Below are positions 17,768 through 27,077 of a DNA stretch of 64,000 nucleotides, in pieces (position 1 is the stretch's first letter; every line of letters begins with the position of its first letter). Below the pieces are notes generated by a model. That model searched no databases, was not told where the DNA came from, and saw nothing but the letters and a program-made list of their open reading frames with translations. The stretch lies in NCBI GenBank assembly GCA_016187725.1, contig JACPJE010000043.1, forward strand, positions 26,086-90,085, given 5' to 3'. Position numbers and translations under genes: made by a program. This DNA is from Candidatus Latescibacterota bacterium. GTDB lineage: Bacteria > Latescibacterota > UBA2968 > UBA8231.

Positions 17768-19120
17768 ATGGCTCTGGAGATCGGCATCTACCGCACCTGC
17801 ATCACCCCGCCCTGGGGCGTGGAGTTGGCCGGGCTGGGCTATTATCTGCAGCGCACCTGGACCCGGGTGCGCGACGATCTGAAGGCCACGGCCCTGGTGG
17901 CCTGCCAGGGGGAACGCGCGGTGGCCCTAGTGGCCGTGGATCTGATGTACATGGACGCGGAATTCACCCGGGCGGTGCGCCAGCAGGTGGCCCGCCACAC
18001 CGATATTCCGGCCGAGGCGGTGTGCGTGAGCGCCTCGCACAGCCATAACGCGCCCACCGCCGGCTTTGCCCGCGGGGTAGGGGAACAGGATCTGGAGTAC
18101 CTGGCCCTGGTCCGGCGGCAGGTGGCCACCGCGGCCATCTGCGCCTGGCAGCAGCGCCGGCCCGCCACCCTGTGGGCGGGCCGCACCCACCTCGAAGGGA
18201 TGACCTTCAACCGCACCCGCCAGGGCGGGGCGGTAGACACCCAGGTCAGCGTGCTGCGCGCCGACGGGGCCGACGGCAGGCCCTTTGCCGTGGCGGTCAA
18301 CTTCCACGCCCACCCCACGGTGATGATGCACATGGACAACCGGGAGGTGAGCCGCGACTACCCGGGCTACATGGTCGACCTGCTGGAGCAGGCCCTGCCC
18401 GGGACCACGGCGATGTTTCTGCAGGGCTCCTGCGGGGACGTGAACTTCAATATGGAGTTGTGGGAGGCCGCCCGCTGCCTGGAGCCGGGAAGGGCTCTGG
18501 CCGGCAAGGCCCTGGAGGCCCTGGCCCGGGCGCGGCGGGTGGAGGAAGAAGGGGTGGGCGCCTGCAGCCTGCGCATCGGGCTGCCCACCAGGCGCTATGC
18601 CCGCGAAGAAGTGCTGCGGGAGAATGAGGAGGGGCACTACCGGCTCAAGAGCGGGGACACCACCGGCTGGCGCGAGACCCTGGGCCGGGTGATGGTGGGC
18701 CAGCCAGACCGCTTTCCGGAACGGTACGCTGGGGACGTGGGGCTGGCGGTCAGGGCCCTGGCGCGTTTTGCGGTGGAGTGGACTGAGGAGGTGCTGCCGG
18801 ACCTGGACACCCGCCTGGAGACGCTGGAGACCGAGGTGCAGGCCCTGCGCTTTGGCGACCTGTACGTGGCCGCGCACGGCTCGGAACTCTTCTCCAGCTT
18901 CTCGTTAGACCTGCGGCGGCGCTGGCCGCACGCCGACCTGATGGCGGTGGGCTACGCCAACGACAGCCTCAGCTACATGCCCGACGCCCACGACGTCGAG
19001 CGCTGCACCTACGCCGCTGCCCAGTCGCCCAAGTTCACCGGGCACTTCCCCTTTGTGGCCGAGTCGGGCGAGCGCCTGGTGGAGGGGATGTTGGCCGCCC
19101 TGGAGGGGACGCTCAAGTAG
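17768..19120 (+). CDS. Neutral/alkaline ceramidase N-terminal domain-like hydrolase
   Basis: Strong RBS GAGGAGGAGGAG. ITPPWGVELAGLGYY..VALVAVDLMY..VSASHSHNAPT resembles the ceramidase-like family. Confidence 0.65.
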   Translation: MALEIGIYRTCITPPWGVELAGLGYYLQRTWTRVRDDLKATALVACQGERAVALVAVDLMYMDAEFTRAVRQQVARHTDIPAEAVCVSASHSHNAPTAGFARGVGEQDLEYLALVRRQVATAAICAWQQRRPATLWAGRTHLEGMTFNRTRQGGAVDTQVSVLRADGADGRPFAVAVNFHAHPTVMMHMDNREVSRDYPGYMVDLLEQALPGTTAMFLQGSCGDVNFNMELWEAARCLEPGRALAGKALEALARARRVEEEGVGACSLRIGLPTRRYAREEVLRENEEGHYRLKSGDTTGWRETLGRVMVGQPDRFPERYAGDVGLAVRALARFAVEWTEEVLPDLDTRLETLETEVQALRFGDLYVAAHGSELFSSFSLDLRRRWPHADLMAVGYANDSLSYMPDAHDVERCTYAAAQSPKFTGHFPFVAESGERLVEGMLAALEGTLK

Positions 19121-19913
19121 GCGGGCCGGCGGTGCTGAAGGCCAGTTGGCCTTCTCGTCGCAAACGGTAGCCGCGTACCATCAGCCCGGGCCGGCCGCAG
19201 CTCTGGCCGGCGGTCTGGGTATTGTCCGGGTGGCGGTAGCCGATGCGCACCAGGCGGCGGGCATGGCTGGTGGTGTTGATGTGGGAGCCGTGGATGGTGT
19301 GGATGCAGAAGCAGACCACGTCGCCCCTTTTGGCCGGCACCGGCACAGTGTCCTCGAGGTGGTACTGGTCGGTGGGCAAATGAGGGGTGCAGGGGCCTTC
19401 GGGAGTCTGGGTGATATGCTCCAGGGCGCCCTGCTGGTGGGAGCCGGCCAGGAAGCGGATCTCGCCATTGGCATGGCAGGTGTCGTCCAGGTGGACCAGC
19501 ACGTCCACGTACCGGCCGTCCTGGTGCTGGTAGAAGGCCCAGTCCTGGTGCATGGGGAAGGGGTGGCCGGTCTCGGGGGGTTTGATGTGCATGGTGGAGT
19601 GGTGCAATTCCACGTCGGGTCCCAAGAGGTCGCTCATCGCCTCGGTGAGCCGGGGATGGGTCACGGCCTGAGACCAGGGCTGGGAGTAGAAGTGGAGGTC
19701 GTGCATGGCGGTCAACTGGGACTTCTTCTCGGTCTGCTCGTCCATGTAGACCCGGCGCCAGGGGCCGACCCAGCCCTGGTTGGTGGAAGACCAGTCGTTG
19801 ACCAGCCGCTCCAGGTCGCGGTCGAGGGCGTCGATTTCGGCGGGGCTGAAGACCTGGGGAATGTGCAGAAACCCGTTCTGTCGATAGAAGGCGACTTGTT
19901 CTCTGCTCAACAT
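19113..19913 (-). CDS. Phytanoyl-CoA dioxygenase (PhyH) family Fe(II)/2-oxoglutarate oxygenase
   Basis: MLSREQVAFYRQNGFLHI..HQDWAFY..HLDD..GSH. Internal ATG 19913 chosen; the upstream part of the 418-aa track ORF is Pro/Arg/Gly-rich junk overlapping the next gene. Confidence 0.8.
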   Translation of the reverse strand: MLSREQVAFYRQNGFLHIPQVFSPAEIDALDRDLERLVNDWSSTNQGWVGPWRRVYMDEQTEKKSQLTAMHDLHFYSQPWSQAVTHPRLTEAMSDLLGPDVELHHSTMHIKPPETGHPFPMHQDWAFYQHQDGRYVDVLVHLDDTCHANGEIRFLAGSHQQGALEHITQTPEGPCTPHLPTDQYHLEDTVPVPAKRGDVVCFCIHTIHGSHINTTSHARRLVRIGYRHPDNTQTAGQSCGRPGLMVRGYRLRREGQLAFSTAGPPT

Positions 19914-19957
19914 CTGGCGATCTCCTCGATATGTGCGGCGAGGTGTGAGAAGCTGTT

Positions 19958-21451
19958 TCAGAAGGTACTCTCCTTGGTGGTGATGGGGCACCAGCGCGAG
20001 ACCATCAGGAAGTCCATCAGGGCCTGCTGGGCCTGAGGGGTGCCGATGTGGCGCAGGGCCTCGGCGCTGTGGTTGCGCACGTAGCGGTTGCTGTCCTCCA
20101 GGGCCGCAGCCAGGGCCGGCACCGCTGATTCGGCCCGGTCCCCGAAGCGGGCCAGGGAGTAGGCGGCGTTGAAACGGGCCTGGGGGTCTTCGTCCCGCAG
20201 CAGACCCTCCAGGGCAGACACCGCAACTTTGGGATGGCGGGCGATGGTGCCCAGAGCCTCGGCCACGTGGCGCCGCACAAAGGGCGAAGGGTCGCCTCCC
20301 AGGCGGGCCAGCCGGCCCACAGCCTCGCTGGCCTGGGCCCCCATGTCTCCCAGGGCATAGGCAGCGCAACCGCGGGCCTGCTCGTCGGCGTGGCCCAACG
20401 CCTCGGTCAGGGCCGGCACCGCGGCCCGGCCGGCCAGGGCCAGGCCGTACGCGGCGCCTAGCTGGACCTCCTTGGCCTGGCTGCCCAGGGCCTCGATCAG
20501 GGCCGGCACCGCTGGACCGCCGGCGGCGCCCAGGGCGTAGGCGGCGTTGAGGCGCACCGGCTCGGCGCTGTCGCGCAGGGCCAGGGCCAGGGCCGGCACT
20601 GCCTCGGCGGCTTCGGGCCCCCTCAGTCCCAGCTGGCTGGCAGCTTTGGCCCGCGCGGCTGGATCGGCGCTTTTTAGCTGGGCGGCGGCGGCGGCCAACT
20701 CCCCCTCAGCCTTGACCGGCTGGGGGGCCTCGTTGCCCAAATGCCACTGCCACAGCTGCGCCCCCACGACCCCGCCCTGCCAGTCCCGTGACCCGTGGTT
20801 CCAGCGAGGGGTGGTGGGCTCTTCCATGCGGGTGAACTGGAATTTCATCATGTAGCGGTTGCGCTCGGTCTGGTTGGGAGTGGCCCGGTGCCACAGGTCG
20901 AAGTGGACCAGGGTGGCGGTGCCGGCCTCGCCGCACACCGGCAGCTGGACCTCGGCGGACTCATCGGCGGCCCGCTGCTCATAGCACTGGGTCCCCGGCA
21001 TCACCGCCGTGGGGCCGTTTTCCAGGATAGTGTCCTGGGGATAGTAGAAGATCATCACCCAGCGGGTGCGGTGGGAGCGCACCTTGAGAAAGCCCCAGTA
21101 GCTGTCCTTGTGCCAGCCGCCCCCCTTGCTCTTGGCGGGGTTGATGTGGCAGTGGCGGTGGGAGTGCATGAGGTAGGCGGGTCCCAGCAGGCTGATCAGG
21201 GCGCCGTCGAGTACCGGGTCGGCGAAGACCTTGTGCAGGTCGGGGATGCGGGGCAGGATGTTGTTGCCGAGGTTGCCCTCCTTGGCAAAGACTTCCTCGG
21301 TTTTCTGGTAGATGGCCTGGTGAAACTCGGGGGACAGCCCGGTCTTGAGGGTCAGGTAGCCGTATTGCAGGAAGTGCTGCATCTGGGCGTCGGTCAGCAG
21401 CAAGCGGCTGTCGGTCACGTAGGCACTCCTCTTTGCGGGGTCCAGCAGCAA
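19958..21451 (-). CDS. PhyH-family dioxygenase fused to C-terminal HEAT (PBS-lyase type) repeats
   Basis: N-terminal LTDAQMQHFLQYGYLTL..WHKDSYW..HFDLWHR. The C-terminal ~230 aa hold about seven repeats of the VR..AA.ALG.....AVPAL..AL type. The start (TTG 21451 or GTG 21418) is uncertain. Confidence 0.8.
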   Translation of the reverse strand: MLLDPAKRSAYVTDSRLLLTDAQMQHFLQYGYLTLKTGLSPEFHQAIYQKTEEVFAKEGNLGNNILPRIPDLHKVFADPVLDGALISLLGPAYLMHSHRHCHINPAKSKGGGWHKDSYWGFLKVRSHRTRWVMIFYYPQDTILENGPTAVMPGTQCYEQRAADESAEVQLPVCGEAGTATLVHFDLWHRATPNQTERNRYMMKFQFTRMEEPTTPRWNHGSRDWQGGVVGAQLWQWHLGNEAPQPVKAEGELAAAAAQLKSADPAARAKAASQLGLRGPEAAEAVPALALALRDSAEPVRLNAAYALGAAGGPAVPALIEALGSQAKEVQLGAAYGLALAGRAAVPALTEALGHADEQARGCAAYALGDMGAQASEAVGRLARLGGDPSPFVRRHVAEALGTIARHPKVAVSALEGLLRDEDPQARFNAAYSLARFGDRAESAVPALAAALEDSNRYVRNHSAEALRHIGTPQAQQALMDFLMVSRWCPITTKESTF

Positions 21452-21516
21452 AAGTATCGCCTTCTCCAGACGCTATCAAGGGGTTATATTCAGAGCCTCT
21501 GAGAAAGGAGCAGGCC

Positions 21517-22074
21517 ATGTCTTTAGATCCCAGAGAGTGCATCCTCTTCAGCGGCGGGGCCAAGGGGGCCGAAGGGGAGTTCGGGGCCAATGCCGAAAGG
21601 CTGGGCATCGAAGAGGTGAATTTCACCTTCGAAGAGCACCAGATCGTCCGCAAGCGCGGCATCCGCGTGCTCAACCACGAGGAACTGCAGAAAGGAGACG
21701 TCAGCCTGGGCTACGTCTCGCGGCTGCTGCACCGCACCTATACGGAGACCCCCACCTTCCGCAAAATCTTACAGAGCATCTGGTACCAGATCAACAGCGG
21801 CCAGGAAATCTACGTGGTGGGCAAGATCCAGGAAGACGGCACGGTGAAGGGCGGCACGGGCTGGGGCGCCGAGTTCGCCAAGTTGTGCAACAAACCCCTC
21901 TTGGTCTTCGATCAGGGCAAGGGCGGGTGGTTCACCTGGCAGGAGGAGCGCTGGATCTCCACCCAGGCGCCGGTGATCCAGCACCCCCACTTCACCGGCA
22001 CTGGGACGCGCCTCTTGGAGGAGAGCGGCCGGCGGGCCATCGCCGCGCTCTTCGACCGGTCGTTTGGGGGTTGA
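21517..22074 (+). CDS. Hypothetical protein with LOG/SLOG-like Rossmannoid glycine motifs
   Basis: ATG 21517 is preceded by AAAGGAG. ILFSGGAKGAEGEFG near the N-terminus and KGGTGWGAEFAKLCNKPLLVF later resemble the two Gly-rich loops of LOG/SLOG proteins. Assignment is tentative. Confidence 0.55.
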   Translation: MSLDPRECILFSGGAKGAEGEFGANAERLGIEEVNFTFEEHQIVRKRGIRVLNHEELQKGDVSLGYVSRLLHRTYTETPTFRKILQSIWYQINSGQEIYVVGKIQEDGTVKGGTGWGAEFAKLCNKPLLVFDQGKGGWFTWQEERWISTQAPVIQHPHFTGTGTRLLEESGRRAIAALFDRSFGG

Positions 22075-22095
22075 GGGCAGACCAAGGGGCTGCCC

Positions 22096-22761
22096 CTACT
22101 CGAACTGCTTGCGGAACTGGGCGAACTCCCCGCGGAGGGCCTCCAGCTCCCGGCTGAGGCGCTGGACCTCGGCCTCCAGGGCGGCCAGGCGCTCGTTTTC
22201 GGCCCGCACCTCCAGGGTGGCCGATTCCAAGCGGGGCGGGTGCTCCTCGGCGGGCAGTTGCGGTTCGCCACAGAGCAGGTGGGCGTAGCGCGACTCCTTG
22301 CGCCCTGGCTGGCGCGGCAGGCGGGTCACCAGGGCGCCGGCCTGGCGGTCCATCAGGGTCTGCAGCCCGGCCTCGACCTCTTCGAGGGAGGGAAACTCCC
22401 AGAGCCGGCTACAGCGGCCGCGCAGTTCGCCCACGGTCTGCGGGCCGCGCAGCAAGAGTTCGCAGACCAGCGCCAGGGCCGGCCGCTCCAGGCCCAGGGT
22501 TTCCCCGGCGCGGTGGTAGTACTTGGGCACCCGCTGGTCGGCCCCGCTGACCATACGCGCCAGTTGCTTGAGGCGCAGGTTGTCGAGGGCGCGGACCACG
22601 GCCTTCTCGTCGAAATCCGCCACCGGGTCGCGGTTGTTTTTTTGGTTGCAGGCGGTGGTGAGGGAGTTGAGGGTGAGGGGGTAGTAATCGGGGGTGCTGA
22701 TCTCCTTTTCGATGAGGGCGCCCAGCACCCGCGCCTCGACAGAGTCCAATTGGAGTTCCAT
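22096..22761 (-). CDS. YceH family protein (DUF480)
   Basis: LDSVEARVLGALIEKEISTPDYYPLTLNSLTTACNQKNNRDPV is the hallmark N-terminus. C-terminal coiled coil. Confidence 0.8.
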   Translation of the reverse strand: MELQLDSVEARVLGALIEKEISTPDYYPLTLNSLTTACNQKNNRDPVADFDEKAVVRALDNLRLKQLARMVSGADQRVPKYYHRAGETLGLERPALALVCELLLRGPQTVGELRGRCSRLWEFPSLEEVEAGLQTLMDRQAGALVTRLPRQPGRKESRYAHLLCGEPQLPAEEHPPRLESATLEVRAENERLAALEAEVQRLSRELEALRGEFAQFRKQFE

Positions 22762-22817
22762 AGAGGCAAAAATACCGCCAGACCGGCAAAAAGGTCAATT
22801 CACAAAAGGAGAAGGCT

Positions 22818-23264
22818 ATGGTCATCGATCAGCTGAAGAACGCGCATCACTACTACAACCTGGGCGAGGGGATCGCCGCGGCGCTGCGCTATCTGCAGAA
22901 CACCGACGCCACCAAGGTGGAGCCGGGGCGGTACGTCCTGGACGGGGACCAGCTCTACGCCATGATCCAGCAGTACGACACCAAGCCCAAGGAGCAGGGG
23001 TTCTGGGAGGCGCACCGCAAGTACATCGACGTGCAGTACGTGGCCCAGGGAACCGAGCACATGGGCTTTGCCCACCTCAACCAGCTGCGGCCGCAGCCCT
23101 ACGACGAGGAGAAGGACTTCCTCAAGCTGGAGGGCGAAGGGGAGTTCGTGCTGATGCGGGCCGGCACCTTCGTGATCCTGGGGCCCGAGGACGCCCACAT
23201 GCCGGGCATGGCGGTGGCCACGCCCCAGGCAGTGCGCAAGGTGGTGGTCAAGGTGCGGATCTAG
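22818..23264 (+). CDS. YhcH/YjgK/YiaL (EbgC-like, DUF386) family protein
   Basis: 148 aa. ..YVLDGDQLYAMIQQYDTKP..EAHRKYIDVQYV..G.E.... Confidence 0.8.
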   Translation: MVIDQLKNAHHYYNLGEGIAAALRYLQNTDATKVEPGRYVLDGDQLYAMIQQYDTKPKEQGFWEAHRKYIDVQYVAQGTEHMGFAHLNQLRPQPYDEEKDFLKLEGEGEFVLMRAGTFVILGPEDAHMPGMAVATPQAVRKVVVKVRI

Positions 23265-23276
23265 AGGAAGGTCTCT

Positions 23277-24521
23277 ATGATGCACGCCGAAATCGTCCGC
23301 CATACCCTGGACCGGGTGCCGCTCTCGATTATCTTCGACGATTCCACGGTGCTGGTCAACCTCAACTACTTCTTCATGCGCGACCGCAACCTGGCCGATG
23401 GGCAAGAGCGCCGCTGGGAGGACGTGCCGGTGGTCCATCCCGAGTCCTTTACCCGTGACTTCGCCGAGTGGTGCCTGGCCGAGGGGGTGAAGGGCAAGTA
23501 CAGCGTGGTGCCCTGTCCAGCGGGCCTGGGCCGCGTGGACCAGGGCCTGCCCATGTTCAGCCGGGCCCAGCAGGAGAGCTGGCTGCAGATGTGCCGGGAA
23601 CTGATCACCCCGGCCTTTGACATCACCCCGGAGATGCTCACCCACACCTTTGTGGTGGACCTGGAGACCCTGCAGCCCCTGCCCTCGCGGATCTGGGAGC
23701 AGTACGAATGGGCCGCCCTGCCTCTCGACCAGGAGGAATGGGTCACCCAGTACATCGCCACCGCCTGCCAGATCCTCGAAAACGTCGGCCTGCGCCCCCA
23801 GGGGGTGACTTCGCCCGGCGGCTTCGGGGGCAAGACCCTCGAATTCTATGCCAGGGTGGCCGGCCAGGCTCTGCGCCAGGTCACCGGCGATCCCACGCCC
23901 TATTTCTTCCAGCGCATCTGGACCGACCGGCCCATCGATACCCCGGTGTGGTACGCGGACCGAGAGCGGGGCCAGGCCGTGGGCGAGATCATCGCCGGCA
24001 CCGGCGACTGGACCGGCAGCTGGACCGGGTACGGGGAGGTGAACGCGGACAAGTACCTCACTGCCGATTTGCAGGGCGGGCGCCTGCCCCAACTCATAGA
24101 GGCGGGCGAGCCGGCCATCCTCTGCAGCCACTGGCAGGGTTTCTATGGGATGCACAACGGCGACCGCCAGGGCTTTGAAGCCTTCAAGACCGTGGTGCGC
24201 CGGCTCAAGGAACGCGATCCGCAGGGCGAGCACACCCGCTGGCGCAAGTGCAGCGAGATCTCCACCTATGCCTGCGCCCGGGAAGTGGCCCAGATGACGG
24301 TGGCGGAAGGGGTCATCAGCCTGGACCTGCCGGTGCAGGCTCCGGAGTTCACCCTGAGGTTGACCGGAGCCGCGGTGCGCGAGGTGAAGGTGGACGGGAG
24401 ACCGCTGGCGCGGGCCGCCAGCCGCGCGGCCTTTGCGAGCAATACCTTCCTGGCAGAAGGCGAGAGTACCCTCGTGGCCTTTGATCCGGACCGGCGGGCG
24501 GTGCGGGTGGAGGTGCGGTGA
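23277..24521 (+). CDS. Hypothetical protein (414 aa), family not recognised
   Basis: Long ORF with normal codon bias. Its stop overlaps the ABC ATPase GTG start (GTGA). Confidence 0.65.
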   Translation: MMHAEIVRHTLDRVPLSIIFDDSTVLVNLNYFFMRDRNLADGQERRWEDVPVVHPESFTRDFAEWCLAEGVKGKYSVVPCPAGLGRVDQGLPMFSRAQQESWLQMCRELITPAFDITPEMLTHTFVVDLETLQPLPSRIWEQYEWAALPLDQEEWVTQYIATACQILENVGLRPQGVTSPGGFGGKTLEFYARVAGQALRQVTGDPTPYFFQRIWTDRPIDTPVWYADRERGQAVGEIIAGTGDWTGSWTGYGEVNADKYLTADLQGGRLPQLIEAGEPAILCSHWQGFYGMHNGDRQGFEAFKTVVRRLKERDPQGEHTRWRKCSEISTYACAREVAQMTVAEGVISLDLPVQAPEFTLRLTGAAVREVKVDGRPLARAASRAAFASNTFLAEGESTLVAFDPDRRAVRVEVR

Positions 24522-25495
24522 GCGCGGCCATCGAGGTCCAGCAACTGCACAAGACCTACGAGGTGCCGGTGCGCGAGGGCGGGGTAAGAGCCGCCCTGCG
24601 CAGCCTGGTGTGCAAGCAGGTGCGCACCGTGGAGGCGGTCAAGAGCCTCAGCTTTGCGGTGGAGCCGGGCGAGATCGTGGGTTTTCTCGGGCCCAACGGG
24701 GCGGGCAAGACCACCACCCTCAAGATGCTCTCGGGTCTGCTGCACCCCACCGCGGGACAGGTGCAGGTGCTGGACTATGTGCCCTTTGCCAGGCAGCGCC
24801 AATTCCTGCGGCAGATCACCCTGGTGATGGGCAACCGAAACCAGCTGGTCTGGGACATCCCGGTGGCCGATTCCTTTGAGCGCAACCGGGCCATCTACCG
24901 CCTGGGCCGGCAGGAGTTCCGCCAGACGGTGGACGAGCTGGTGGGGCTGCTGGATCTGGGGGAACTGCTGCAGAAGCCGGTGCGCAACCTGTCCCTGGGC
25001 GAGCGCATGAAGTGCGAGGTGGCCGCTGCCCTGTTGCACCGGCCCCGTATCCTCTTTCTCGACGAGCCCACCATCGGCCTGGACGTGACCATGCAGCGCC
25101 GCATCCGCGCCTTCATCGCCGAGTACAACCGCCGGTACCAGGCCACGGTGCTCCTGACCAGCCACTACATGGCCGACGTAGAGGCCCTGTGCCGGCGGGT
25201 GGTGATCATCCACCACGGCCAGTTGCTCTTCGACGGCGAACTGGCCAGCCTGGTGCAGCGCTTCTCGCCCCATAAGACCATCGTGGTGGATCTGGAGCGG
25301 GAGGAGTTGGACCTGGGCGGGTACGGCGAGGTGGTGCAGCGCGAGGGCGGGCGGGTGACCCTGCGGGTGCCCAAGGCCGACACCGCGCGGGTGACGGCCA
25401 GGCTGTTGAGCGAGGTGCCGGTGGTGGACCTGACCGTGGAGGACCCCCAGATCGAGGAGGTCATCGAGCAGGTTTTCTCCCAGGAGGCGGCGTGA
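24518..25495 (+). CDS. ABC transporter ATP-binding protein (ABC-2 type)
   Basis: Walker A GPNGAGKTT, signature LSLGERMK, Walker B ILFLDEPTIGLD. Confidence 0.9.
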   Translation: MSAAIEVQQLHKTYEVPVREGGVRAALRSLVCKQVRTVEAVKSLSFAVEPGEIVGFLGPNGAGKTTTLKMLSGLLHPTAGQVQVLDYVPFARQRQFLRQITLVMGNRNQLVWDIPVADSFERNRAIYRLGRQEFRQTVDELVGLLDLGELLQKPVRNLSLGERMKCEVAAALLHRPRILFLDEPTIGLDVTMQRRIRAFIAEYNRRYQATVLLTSHYMADVEALCRRVVIIHHGQLLFDGELASLVQRFSPHKTIVVDLEREELDLGGYGEVVQREGGRVTLRVPKADTARVTARLLSEVPVVDLTVEDPQIEEVIEQVFSQEAA

Positions 25496-26295
25496 AGGGA
25501 CTGGCCGACATCTACGCCACCCTGTTCCGCACCGAGGCGGCGGTGCAGCTCCAGTACCGGGCCGCCCTGATCATCTGGCTCATCGGCCTGGTGGTGCAGC
25601 CGGTGGTCTATCTGGTGGTCTGGCTCACTGTGGCCAAGGCCCAGGGCGGGGCGGTGGGGGGATTCGCCAGCGGGGATCTGGCGGCCTACTACATCGCCCT
25701 GATGGTGGTCAACCACCTCACCTTCACCTGGATCATGTTCGAGTTCGAGTACCGGGTGCGCAGCGGCTCCTTCTCCCCCCTGCTGCTCCAGCCCCTCCAC
25801 CCCATCCACACCGACATCACCGTCAACATCGCCTACAAGGCGCTGACCTCGGCGGTGACTCTGCCGGCGGCCGCGGTGCTGGCCTGGCTCTTCGAGCCCG
25901 AGTTCCATCTCCATTCCTGGTCCCTGGCCGCGTTGATTCCCGCCCTGGTGCTGGCCTTTGCCCTGCGCTTTCTGGTGGAGTGGTGCCTGGCCCTGAGCGC
26001 CTTCTGGACCACCCGGGTGGGGGCGCTCAACCAGTTCTACTTTGCGGCCCTGCTCTTCCTCTCGGGGCGCATGGCGCCTCTCGAACTGATGCCCGCCTGG
26101 GTGCAGACCCTGGCCGCGCTGCTGCCCTTCCGCTGGATGCTGGCCTTTCCAGTGGAGCTGGCCATGGGGCGGCTGAACGCGGCCCAGGCCCTCCAGGGCC
26201 TGGCGGCCCAGGGTGCCTGGGTGGGGGCCAGCCTGGGCCTGGTGGCCCTGGTCTGGCGGCGAGGGCTGAAACAGTACGGGGCGGTGGGTGCATGA
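25492..26295 (+). CDS. ABC-2 family transporter permease
   Basis: 267 aa with about 6 TM helices; its start overlaps the upstream stop. Confidence 0.8.
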   Translation: MKGLADIYATLFRTEAAVQLQYRAALIIWLIGLVVQPVVYLVVWLTVAKAQGGAVGGFASGDLAAYYIALMVVNHLTFTWIMFEFEYRVRSGSFSPLLLQPLHPIHTDITVNIAYKALTSAVTLPAAAVLAWLFEPEFHLHSWSLAALIPALVLAFALRFLVEWCLALSAFWTTRVGALNQFYFAALLFLSGRMAPLELMPAWVQTLAALLPFRWMLAFPVELAMGRLNAAQALQGLAAQGAWVGASLGLVALVWRRGLKQYGAVGA

Positions 26296-27077
26296 ACTAC
26301 CTGCGGCTCTTCCTGGTCTTTGTGCGCCTGGGCGTGCTCAACGAACTCGCGTACCGGACCAACTTCTACTTTCAGTGTCTGCAATCCCTGATGAGCCTGG
26401 GCACCGGCCTGGCCAATCTGGCAGTGATCTTCGCCCACACCCCGGCCCTGGGGGGCTGGCAGCCAGCCGAACTGGTGGCCCTGCTGGGGGTCTACCAACT
26501 GATGGGCGGCCTGATCGGCGCCCTGATCCAGCCCAGCATGGAGCGCTTCATGGAGGACGTGCGCCGCGGGACCCTCGACTTCACCCTGACCAAGCCGGCC
26601 GACGCCCAGGTGTTGGTGAGCATGAGCGAGGTGCGGGTGTGGAAGCTGGTGGACGTGGGGCTGGGGCTGGCGGTGCTGCTGGTGGCGCTCTTGCAGTTGG
26701 GGACAGCGGTGGGGATGCAGCAGGCCCTGGGCTTCGGCCTGACCCTGCTGGCCGGGGCCGCCATCGTCTATAGCTTCTGGCTGATCCTGGCCACCCTCTC
26801 CTTCTGGTTCGTGCGGGTGGAGAACATCCTCATCATCTTCCAGGGGGTATACGAAGCGGGCCGCTGGCCGGTGGGTATGTACCCGCGCTGGCTGCAGGTG
26901 GCCCTCACCGCGCTGGTGCCGGTGGCCTTTGCGGTGACCGTGCCGGCCGAGGCGGTGGTGGGCCGGCTCACCGGGCCGATGCTGGCCCTGGCCCTGGCCC
27001 TGGCCTTGGGTCTGCTGGTGGGGGCGCGGGTGTTCTGGAATTGCGGGGTCAAGTGGTACTCGGGTGCTTCTGCCTGA
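26292..27077 (+). CDS. ABC-2 family transporter permease (second subunit)
   Basis: ATG 26292 overlaps the upstream TGA (ATGA). MNYLRLFLVFVRLGVLNELAYRTNF.. with about 6 TM helices. Confidence 0.8.
   Translation: MNYLRLFLVFVRLGVLNELAYRTNFYFQCLQSLMSLGTGLANLAVIFAHTPALGGWQPAELVALLGVYQLMGGLIGALIQPSMERFMEDVRRGTLDFTLTKPADAQVLVSMSEVRVWKLVDVGLGLAVLLVALLQLGTAVGMQQALGFGLTLLAGAAIVYSFWLILATLSFWFVRVENILIIFQGVYEAGRWPVGMYPRWLQVALTALVPVAFAVTVPAEAVVGRLTGPMLALALALALGLLVGARVFWNCGVKWYSGASA

Noticed and set aside
19914-20369. N-terminal extensions of track ORFs: PhyH to 20369, purA to 51725, serA to 52189, glyQS to 57722, engB to 52849, GHMP kinase from 28909, ADA-like from 37865, and others.
   Set aside because: The extensions overlap neighbouring genes and are low-complexity. 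In each case an internal ATG or GTG coincides with the conserved family N-terminus, often with an RBS or a 4-nt stop/start overlap.
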